Assembly: GCA_964252035.1 (NCBI GenBank)
Contig: OZ176205.1
Reading direction: 5' to 3' (one strand)
Source: Podarcis erhardii
Taxonomy: Eukaryota
Length of the DNA stretch: 64,000 nt
The translations under genes were made by a program, and so were the position numbers. Numbering within the stretch: position 1 is the first letter of the stretch; every line of letters begins with the position of its first letter. The notes beneath the pieces are model-generated. The model was not told the DNA's origin and did no database searches. It saw nothing but the letters and a program-made list of their open reading frames with translations. This document shows positions 40,601 through 52,600 of the stretch, piece after piece.

Positions 40601-43600
40601 TGCTCCAGTGTTCTGTGGTCCATCTTGAATCATTACCATTTTTACACCAGCTCTCTCCTATATTTAACAAAAGTAATCTGTACAGATCATGCAAATTTAG
40701 TACTTTAATGCATTTGCCCACAAATTAATTTTTTTCAGCTTACCTGAAGTTGCTTTATTGTCTCTCCACCTTTTCCAATAACTAATCCTGCTTTGCTAGC
40801 TGGAATCATAATTTCCTGGACTGCATTTCCTGGACCATCCCCATGATGGAATCCTGGTGTAGGTCTTCCTTTTTCAACTATCTGATCAAGTAATCTCTTT
40901 GCAGACCTTGAAAAATATACAATTTATAATAGTGGCAAGACTGGGGGAAAACATAACTGGAACAAACAGCAGAGTAAAATGGGTGATGGCTAACTAGAAA
41001 AGCAAGTAATCTGCTTAACAGTAAATGAAAATATGTGACTCTTTACAGTGCCCACAGCACTTCCATTTAGGAAGGAGGACAAGAAACATGTCATTGAGTA
41101 TAAGCAGCACGGATGCAAAAAGAAAAAGGCAGGGCATGCAGATGATCGAAAACACAGAACATGAAGATCTGCAGAATAGTGCAGATAAGAGAAAGGTAGG
41201 TTAAAATGTACTGGATATACCTGGGGGGAAACCTCAAACTATACAAGTTTAGCCATGCCTAAACAATGATCATTCTTCACCTAGGACACCAGAAAGTAAT
41301 TTCTGACATAGTACACTATGCTCTTTAACATACAGAACCATAATTAAAAACACATCAGCCTATTTGAAAGTTTTAAGCGAACACTTACTGTACTGACTCT
41401 GGGGTTCCAGTTAACATGCAAGATCTTTCAGGCATGCCACCACTATCTATAAAATGGAAATAGTACAGAATTAATACTACTAAAGAAAGAAATCAGTAGC
41501 TAGCAATTATGCATTAACTGAATTACACATTTAAAAGATACTCAAAATCAATTGTCCATAATGTATCCAAATTTTAACCCATTACTTGTTCCCAAAATAG
41601 TTTCTCCTAAAGAGTGGAAAATAATTAAAAACACTGGTTTGGTTGTAACATTACTTGCTTGTGTTCCATACTTTTCATAAATACAACAGGAAATGAAATA
41701 GTTACCAGGTGCAATCTGTATTTTGCATCCAGATTCTTGCTGTATGCGAGAAATCTGTTCTCCTCCTCTGCCAATTACTTGAAAAATGGACAAACAAACC
41801 AGAATTACTGCACGAATTGCATTCAGTATATTTTAATTCCTTTATAGCAAGGTTACACTACTTACTGAATCCAACCATTCCATCAGGAACTTTGTATTCT
41901 TCTGTCATTACAGACCTGAAAAAAATAACAAAAACTATATTGCACCTTGCTTGGAATTCTCTCAATAAACTTCAGAATTATATTGTGTTATCTAGTTCCT
42001 ATTAGTTTTTTTTTCTTTGCCAGATTTGTAGTTTTGCAGGCCTACAAATGATAGTAATTTTATCAGTAGCCAATTATTTTAAATGAATAGGTACAATAAT
42101 ATCAATACTTTGCATAGATTTGAATTTCATAATCACTACATGTGATTTAAGGCAGAGGTTTGCACAAGAGGACTTCCACTTATGCAACAGGATTTTACCT
42201 TGCTCTTCTCCATCCTGCATCCCCCTACATGCCTCTAAAATTTACTCTGGTTTTCCCCAACATGCAAGAGCAGATTTGGGGGCATGTAGGAGGAAGGAGA
42301 GGAAGCCCCACTGTGTGAGTGGAGAGCTATTCTGCTCACACAAGAACAGCAATGGACAATTTGTGACCATTTGCTGGGGATGCAGGAGAAAACATGGTCA
42401 GGTGGAGATGCCTCTGAGTCCACATAAATAGAAAATAGCCCTGTCTACTTTTAATTTACATACAGAAGTCACAAATAACAGCAAATATATGAAAAGCATA
42501 TGTAAAGAGAAAGAAAAGATTGGGGAAATGTAATAAAACTACATGCATGATCTATCCTACAATGCAGGAGGAAATTCACTAATGAACACGTTCTTTTCAT
42601 TTACCTTTTCAAACGAACCCTATCAAGCTGATTTAAGCCTTATTTCTTGTCCTTAAACATAGTAACACCCTTACTGATCCAAGCTATTTTGAAAGAGGCA
42701 ATGATTTCTCTGTCATGCTGAACTGACTGGCATCTTATTTTCAAAGAGATTTGAGTAGCAATGGCAGATTTGCTTACATTGCCATCAAAGTAATGAATAA
42801 CATCCTGATTCAATTTTAGCTGAAGGCAGTAAGAGAACGTTGGTTTAATATGGATGGCATATTTTTAAAAATCATACTTTTTGGAAAGTGGCATGGTTAC
42901 TCTAAGAACACACACATGCTACATTATTAATCAGTTGCCTGTTTCTAAAATATGCCTTGAAGGCTCAGATTTGTAGCTCACACAGCTAAGCATCCAATCT
43001 TGTACAATGCTTGCTTAGAGGTACGTAATAAGCACAAATATACCAACTGTAAGGGAGTAATACTATACACATTAGCTGAAGTAAAGCAAGCTGATGCAAG
43101 TTAAACTGGTGTAAATTTACACCAGATCCAAATTTCCTGGCAGTTTTTAGGTCTATTCAAAAGGGACAAATTAAATTTGCAAAGTCGATGAATTAACATA
43201 CTGGAGTCATTCCTGCTTGGGATTGTTATATGCAATTTTGAAGTACTTTTATAAATTTTTGGGAGAAGTCAATATGAACAGTTACATCTTAGAAGAATCA
43301 GAAAAAGTATCCTACCTCTGTTGCTGATGCATGGGTGGCATCTGATTTCCAAAGGCTAAAATAAATATATACGGTAAATATTTTAATTCCATTAAATGCT
43401 CTGGAATAAATGACAACGGGTGCAACACACAGCCTACCATATGAACAATTTGCATATATATTAACTTTTTTCATCTCTCCCATTCAACCCAAAGTATCAC
43501 AACTACAATTACAATCCTAAACTCATGTAGTGGGAGTAATCCTCACTGAACTCAACAGATAGAGGTGGGTAACACTGCACTATAATTATCTCACACGGGG

Positions 43601-46600
43601 AAATACAGCACTGGGTACAATAGCTGAGGTCAGACAGAGAACGAAACCATGAATTGATGATTGAACAAGCCTAGAATGAGACATAGGCTTAGGTTTTTGT
43701 CCTGTCATATGCCCAGTGTAACCATTTCCTTCCAACTTTGCTGATAGCTGAGAAGCAAACTATGACTGAGGCTTCACAAGGTATATCTGGATTGCAAATC
43801 AATATCAAACCCTGGTATGCATGGAAAACAGACATAATCTGCCAGCCAGAAAGTAAAGACAAATTATAGATTGCTACAAACTGAGAAGAAATGAATTAGG
43901 TCAAGAATACAAGGATAGGAGAGCAAGGACCAAGCTCACTGTTTTTCCTACTCTTATGTAAAACTCCCCCCCCTACCCTTATACAGCACATTATTATGAA
44001 GTAAGATCAATGGAACTTGTCTCTTCAGTGGGCAGAACATTTTTGCCTTCACCTTTAAGGTTTCTTCTCCTATCCCAATGAATAAGTAGTCAATAAACAC
44101 GCATTAGGATTTTCTTTGTGTTGGGGTAGCACACTATATGTACTTAGGTATGAACAATCACCAACCCAAAGTCCTATCTCCCACTCTTTTGAAGCAAGGG
44201 GTACGAGTTGCATGTGGCTTGCCACTTTAGTAACAGAATATCACTGGCTCTATCCAACACTGCAGCTTCACTAGCACAAGATATTGCGGTGTTAGCAAGA
44301 AAACGTCCCTCTCCTGTTCCCTTCCACAAAATCAGCTCCAGAGTTTGGGGAACCCACTGGAGCAGATGGATGGGGCAGAAGATAGGAAACCTAAGTCTTG
44401 TTATGCCAGTGGAACCCTGATGCCACTGCATTGGATAGAATTACCTTCCCTTGGTTTTTGTTTTTTTTTAACAGCAGCTGATACTTCCTGTAATAGCATT
44501 GGATTTAATCTGTTATTGCTAGCCTTTCCAGCTGTAATACTTTGGGTTGTTTTTAATGCTGCTAGTTCACTCGCACAATGGCACTCCTCCCCTGTAGTCC
44601 ACAATGCACCCTAACCCTAAAAACCTTCTCCAGGAGGTTGGAGAACCCTCCAGAACAGATTGTAGGGCACAGGTGAGAGAAGAGGCAGGGGAAGTCAGTT
44701 GAGCAAGCAGAACTCTGCTGGTGTAGTGTTGGATAAAACCCATTATTATTTTGTATTTTGCTCCTTACCAATAGCAACTTTCTTTTTTTGTTACGCATAT
44801 TATTGATAGGGTCCATATTCAACTGTTTAAAATCTAGGGCTCCAAAAAAGTAAAAGGAGATCCTGTATGCCTTGAAAGATCACAGCAAACATTCAGTATA
44901 TCGAGTTTTCAATTATTTCCCTTCCTGACTCCCAAAATCTGTTCTAGAGGATTGTGGCACCTGTCCGCTACTGTATAGAAGGTGAATGGCGGATATCTGA
45001 GGAATAAATGGGATGGTTCCATAAAGTGTGGTCTCCCAAGGATGAATCCTGGGACTTGCACTTTATACATGTTCATAAATGACCTGGAGAAGTGAGGCAG
45101 CCAGGTTTGCATAACATCAAATTGTTGACTCCAGTCTGTGAAAAAGGCAAGCTCCATTCTAGAAATCATTACCAGCCCGTATTGCAATGCCTTCAATTCA
45201 AATGCACTTGGAATAGTGTGTACCTGTTCACCTTCCTTGAGGCCAGAGGTGAGATGCACTGTGGGGTTTTTATTGTTCCTGCTGCTGTTTGTATGTTTTC
45301 ATGATGATCTAAAGTGTTAACTGTTTTGTTTTTATATGCTTATTTTGGTTATAATGCATATGTATGCCATAAATCATTTGGTTGAAAGGCAGGCTATAAA
45401 ATTTCAAAAGAAAGTTCTGATCATCACAACTACAAAGGGGTATTGTAGAGCTGGAAGTTTCAAGAAAGGGCAACCAAGATGATCATGGAGCTGAAACACT
45501 GTCCTACAAGGGAACTTACAACATTTGAGTGTTTATAGCAGGCATAGGGATGATGGGATGGCTCTTAAAGAATGCTGCTGCTGCCCAAGAGGACTGCCTG
45601 CTGAGGGCCTCTTTCCACCTGGCTTGGGGCGCGGCTTGACAGGCTTCAGAAGGACTGCAGCTGCTGCTCAGCAGAGGGTTTCCTCTTTTAATTTTTATCT
45701 GTGTTGTTTTAAATAAGAACCTTGGCTGTCAGCCCTGGACCCTGCCTTGCTGGCCTTTTCCCATCTGGCCTGGTAGAGTGGAGTGGACTGACTGACTCCA
45801 GCTACAAAAACTGTTGAACAGATTCTTGGGCTGCAATATTGTTTACCGGGGGGGGGGGGGGGGGGTTGAGAGAGCTTGTTGCAGTTATTAATATTTTTGT
45901 TATATCTTTAGCTTTAGATCTCATGATTTACATGGAAATTGTTTCCATTTGGTTGTGTACATTTTGATGTGTTTTATTTATTGTTTATGACTTCTGTGGT
46001 TTGTAATTATGTACCGTATTTTTCGCCCTATAGGGCGCACCGGCCCATAGGGTGCACCTAGTTTTTTTTTTGGGGGGGGGGAATAAAGAAAAAAAAATTT
46101 ATTCCCCCCCCCCCAAGCCCGAGCTTCCCCTGACCCCCAGAACACGCTGCTATCCGCAAGCTCACCAGTTGGGGACCCAAGTTTGAGAAACACTGTACTA
46201 AAAACAAGTTTCTCAACACTTTTACATTAGGCTGCTTTTACTTCTGTGCATTTCACAATATTAACCAACAGATAGAGACACCTTGATGAATGACTAATTA
46301 ATGTGCTTATCAGGCTTCCAGACTGCATTTCTCACACACCAAAAGATGTGCTGCTCTATACAATAATTGCAACTATGGGTTGGAACAATGAACTATTAAC
46401 AATAGGAAAATATAAACTAATGCCTTTCCACCGATACTTCTGTAAAGGTTAAGTGTTAGAACATAGTTGTTTCACTTTTCTTAGAGAGCTCTCTGGAATG
46501 AAGTATAAAACAGTCCTCCAGTGAGCAGAAGACATCTTCCACACAAAGAAGGAAGCTTTTGGATCTAACAAAATATTTCCAAAGTAACTATCTGGTCTTT

Positions 46601-49600
46601 CAGAAGGCAAAAATAGATGGGAAAATGGTTTTTAGTAAATTCACCACACCCATCTCCTTCATAATGCTACACATGAGAAACCTGCTCTAAATTCCACAGC
46701 AGAGTGGCAAATCAAAGACCTACTGTGCATACACAAATTCAAACTGATGCAAACCATACTCTGAACCTACGTCTTGCCCCAACTAGATACTGTGCTCAAT
46801 CCTTTTATGCTGCAGCCATATATTGCTACCTGTCTCCCAAGCACCATTAAAGAACCTAGCTGCTCAATAAGCTTTAATATCTCTATTCTCTATTATAAGC
46901 AGCAGACAACAAGGCAAGGCATGGGATTATACTATAATGCCTTTTAACAACTTGTCTCATTGGGTACATTGCTAGTTAAGTTCAGCATAGTGTTAACCAA
47001 TTATTATGGGAGGTATTTCTAAACATGATGGGAAGCACACATTTCAAATGCATTGAAAGAACATGCTGCAGTATCTACAACATTCTGAGGTACCCCTGCC
47101 CGTACAGGCCAGTCGTGTCCGACTCTAGGGTTGTGCGCCTGTCTCACTTAAGAGGCCGGGGGCCAGTGTCCGGAGACACTTCCGGGTCACGTGGCCAGCG
47201 TGATGAAGCTGCTCTGGCGAGCCAGCACCAGCGCAGCACACGGAAACGCCGTTTACCTTCCCGCTATAAAGCGGTACCTATTTATCTACTTGCACTTAAG
47301 GGTGCTTTCGAACTGCTAGGTGGGCAGGAGCTGGGACCGAAAGACAGGAGCTCACCCCGCCGCGGGGATTCGAACCGCCGACCATGCGATCGGCAAGCCC
47401 TAGGCACTGAGGTTTTACCCACAGCGCCACCCGCGTCCCCTCCTACAACATTCTATAACCCATTCTATAACATTTTTAATGGGCTACAACATTCTATAAC
47501 CCATTAAAAATGTAACCTTACTTAACCAGTTCAGATTTTTATAACTGAACTCTAAACAAGTCTGCAGGCTTATAATGAAACAAATTATGCAGTAAGAAAT
47601 TTCCTGTTGAAATTTTTACATATTTTTCTATTTGGGGTTTTCCATTAAAAGCAGCAGCATATTTAAAAACAGAACTCAGATAGTCTCCTTCCAAATCCAT
47701 GTAAGCAGCCACCCCATTGCTTTTGACCAAACATTGCAGAAGCTGACATTTGTCCACAAAAAAGGGCTTTCAATCCCTTCCCTGTTACAGGTCCCTGCAT
47801 CTTCTCAAAAAAACCTTTCCAAGGAGAAAGGTGTGATGTGAGAATATGTGAAAATCATGCAGAGGCACCTTGCGCAAACAAACTTCTGATGCAACACTGA
47901 ATCCAACCCACTGTCTAATTTACTTTTAACCTTTTTACACTGGATATTTGGGCCCAACAAGATATAAAACATGATTAGAAGATACGATTGAGCAAGAAAA
48001 TATCCTCAAGATATTTGTTAGCAGCTCACAATCAATCTGTCTATGGAAAGTGTACATCTGTCTCCTGGCTTGTCTTTTGCATCACTTCATGACGACTGCT
48101 CAAATGCTATGTTCACTTCTCACGTGTTGGTTACTTCCAAGACTGGATTATTGCAACGTGCTCTATGTGGGGCTTCCTTTGTGCTTGATACAGAAGCTAC
48201 AGTTTAGTGTATAATGCCTTGTCAGCATATAACATCTGTGCTGAGAGATCTGCCCTGGTTGTCAATTTGCTACCGGGTCAAGTTCAAGGTGTTACTATCA
48301 CTTGGGACCAGTTTACTTACGAGATTGCCCTACCCAACATGTGTCCTCTTGATCGCTTTGATCGGCAGAATTGACACCAATACAAATGCCACATAATATC
48401 TGTTCTGCATTTGTATGAACTTGATCAGGCTTAGTGAGGCAGTGCGTACACTTAGGAACTCCCTGCCTATTGAGATCAAGAAGGCGTCTTCATTGTATTC
48501 TTTTCAGTGCTTGCTAAAAACATTCCTGTTTGGAGAAGTTCACCCAGATGCTTAGAAATCTGAGGGAGTTTTATTCTGTTTCAGCATTTTAACTTTTGTA
48601 TTTTAACTTAAAGTAAGGTAGTAGATTTTTCTTGATTTTACTGTTTTAGCTTTTGTAAACTGTTTTTGAGTTTTCTAAACAATCAAATGGTGTATAGATT
48701 TTATTAAATAAATACATACAGTGGTTGTGTTTTTTTTAAAAGGGAGGTAAGGGCCAAAGCTCGGCAGCAGACCCATGGTATCTCAATAGTAGGAAAAAAC
48801 TACTGCCTAAAGCCTTGGGGGCAGCCACTGACAGTTACTAAAGACAATACTGTTCTATGGATACATGTTCTGACTCATTACAGCATATCTTCCTGAGTAA
48901 AAAACCCTGCCAGCTACCACTTTTTAACTATCTAACGTTTGGTTCATTGCAAAACTATATTCCTTTTATTAATATGAATATTCTGTTTTTAAAAAGCAAA
49001 TACTGACTGATTCAGAAAGACTCCTTCCACTCCTATTTAAGATAGCTCTCCCACAAACAGAATCCCTATATACAACACATGTGGTGCAGTTTCAAAAGTG
49101 GTTTGTATTGCAGATCTAATTACTGTTTCTAGGGATAGAGGCACAAGACCACCCAGCAACTCTGCCGCATGAACTCAACCACTATGTGCACATAAACACT
49201 GGTATATCATAATTATGTATAGAATAGAATACTAAACACTTGCTTTGACAAGTACACTTAAGAGCTGACCACAAGGTAAAAGCATACTTACAATCATTAT
49301 TTGGAGGAGCAACTTTCTTAGGCTCTGGTTGATCTGCAAAAGTAAGATTTTTTTTAAATGTTTTTTGTCACAAAGATAGGCAATTTAAATAAATGGTTGT
49401 TCCAGAAGTGCAAAATGCAACTTGTCCAATGCATTTTAGCATGTTTTTGAAATTTCAGGGAATAGGTCATCTAAACAAGGAAAAATCTTATATGTTTAAC
49501 ACTTGGTTAGTATAGTCAGGGGGGAAAAATGCAAAGTACTTCCATTTATCAGATAAACTGTTCAAGGTTTAATAAGGCACGCAGGTTTAAACACACTATT

Positions 49601-52600
49601 ACGGATGTCCAGGTCACTAAAACATAACTAACAAACATTTAGCTGTATTATTAGTAATTTGACACTAAAGCTAATGATGCTTCTGTAACAAAAACTGAAA
49701 AGACCACCATTGTGAGAAATAATCATTTTACAATTATATCTGACAACGACCACAATACTAAATAGAAAATCAAAATTTAAGATTCAACCAACACATAGCA
49801 ATACAATCTCAATCTGGGAACTGTCATACAGACTTCCTAACCAAATACTGAAAATTTCACGGCATAAGACGTCAAAACAGCAGATTCAAAGCCACTACCA
49901 TCACTACCATCCAAATCCGTTTAGTATGAGTGAAAGTCGTAGATAACTGATATCTGATAAAAATTACCTCAAATGTTTCCGTCCCACCCCATATTCAGGA
50001 ATATATGATGAACCACCATTATTAAGTGCAGTAAAAGTCAGACACATATTCCAAGAAATATTTGTGTCATCCATTTCAAAAGATCCACTAGTTCATTTCN
50101 NNNNNNNNNNNNNNNNNNNNNNNNNNNNNNNNNNNNNNNNNNNNNNNNNNNNNNNNNNNNNNNNNNNNNNNNNNNNNNNNNNNNNNNNNNNNNNNNNNNN
50201 NNNNNNNNNNNNNNNNNNNNNNNNNNNNNNNNNNNNNNNNNNNNNNNGCATCATTAGCTCATTTTTGAATATTAAAAACCTCACTAATAATAAAAGGCAC
50301 TTTAATAAAGTACACAAGTACTCCTTGTCAAGAGCCTTAGAAATTTTCTGTAAACAAAATTATAATCCATCAAAACCTACATTCTCCTCCAAGGTCAGAA
50401 ACTGTCTCCATGAATTAAAAAAAAATTACACAATGCTTTGCTTTTAGAAGATAAACATATTAAACCCTGTTAAGCCCACAAAAGCTTTTTAAAATTAAAA
50501 AATGCTACACATTTCAGTAACATGTTTTAAAAACAAAAGGTTCAAGCAAGTTAGAGGAAGACATTTCTCCATATATTTCAATGCTTGTCCTTTTAATGAA
50601 ATAACTACATTTTAAAATGTTGTGCCTGCACAATGTAACTTATATACCAAACCACCAGGTTTGAAAAAGATTAACAAATGAGCATTCTCCATATAAATTA
50701 GAGGAGCTGTTAATCCTCTGTCACAAATATTTCAACACTGTGCTTCTGATGCATTTTAAATACATATTTTACCTACCTTAGGTTTTTAGTTATGTCTAAA
50801 AGATCATATCCATGTTGAAGATGGACTATTCTACCTTCTAACCAATAACCATGATTAAAGTAATGCAGAAAGGCTAAACTAACTCATGCACTCACACACA
50901 CACTATCAGTTTATAATTTTTAGAATTGAATATATTAGCATCTTATATACTGATTGACAGCATACCTCCATCTTCAAGAGGTCTTTTTTGTCCTCCATAA
51001 CTGTAATCATTTGAATTCACAGATGTTCCAGATTCATTTCCAATTTTTGCTGCAATCTGAAAGAAAAGCAAAGGCGAGCATATCAAGTCTTTTATTTTTT
51101 TTGACTATGTTGTAAAAAGTAATGTGTCAAAGAAAGATTTTTTTTACACTTGCTGTAACAGACACTTTACATCATACATTAATATGTTGTCAAGCATTAA
51201 ATTACACTAAACACAAGTTGTCTAACTATAATTTTTGCTCTGGGAAGCCACCATTTGAAGATCAGGGCAAACCTTTATATTAAGAGAAGAACAACTGGTG
51301 TCAGCTTAACTGGAAGAATCAGACATGCAGAAGTGTTGAAATACAACAGCAACCAATTATGTTATCAGAAGTTAGTGTGCTTGCTTGTGGCAGGCACAAA
51401 CACGCAAGCAATTTCTTATAGAACCGCATACCATATAGAAGCTAACAGTGAATTGCTTGCTATTTTGCCCAAATGATTAATTTAAAGGGAACTGGCTTTT
51501 AAAACAATATAGTGAGGGTGCCTGCCTAAAGTCAAAGTGCAGTGTTATAAATGCTCCTCCTTCTCCAAGGTGTAAACTGGCCCCAAGCCAGTGTATAGAT
51601 ACTTCATATAGTAATTGCAGTAAATCTTCCAAAGGTTAATGTCAGCGAAGATCCTTTTGAAATATCAAGCAGTGCATGTGCTTAGACCAGTGCTTGGATT
51701 TAGTATGGGATTGATGGTGGCTAATAAACTGCTGTTGAACACTGACAAGATAAAACTCTGATTTGTAGATGCCCATGTCTGGAGACTTAGGTATACAGCC
51801 TGTGCTACATTCTCCTTGAAAGAAGGGATGCAATTTCGGGGTATTATTTGATCTAGCATTGTCACAAGAGGCACAGGTAGCATGAGCGACACAAAGTGTC
51901 TTTTTAAAAGCTATAACTGTTCCTTGACATGGATAGTCTGACCATAGTGACCCATGCTTTGGTGACCTACTGACTGGGTTATTGTAATGCGCCGTGCATG
52001 GTTCTATCCCTTGAAGACAATCCAGAAACTTAAGTTAGGGCAGAATGTAGCTGCTCTCTCTCTCTTTACTGGACAGACGGAATGACACCACAGTGATTCT
52101 AAGAGTTATATTAGCGGTTTATTCACTTCAAAACACAATTCAAAGTGCTGATGCCTATCTTTTCAACTCTAAGCAGCTCATCACCAAAATACCTAAAGGA
52201 ACATATCCACCAATGCCAGGTTGCCAGGGTGTTTAGATCCTCCAAGGTGGGTTTTCAGTTCTATAACCAGGGCAATTTCCACTATGTGGTGCCATACCTT
52301 AGTTGTGCTGCGGTAAAGCCTTTGCTGTGGTGGCACTGCATACATGGAATGCTCTCCTAAGACTTATGACTGGAGCTCAAGCAATCATGATTTCAGCACC
52401 TGGTCAAAACATACCTATTTGCGTCCAGGTATTTTAATAAGTTGGTAATTGATCATCTCACTCTATTTTAACTGCCTTATTTGGTTTACCATTTTATTGT
52501 TGTATGGTGGATTGTTTATTTTATGTTCTCTACTCTACCTGAGAATCAATAGATAAAAGGTAGGTAATTAGCATTTTTAATGACTAAAATGAAATTAATT

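Noticed and set aside
47025-47507. 160-aa ORF on the + strand
   Set aside because: It is the antisense reading of a Sauria SINE, with no protein-like features.
49334-50965. Mammalian-type 63-nt FUBP1 alternative exon between exons 2 and 3 (recalled) and intronic snoRNA candidates
   Set aside because: No matching sequence or convincing C/D or H/ACA box arrangement seen; the 148-N gap prevents a firm negative.
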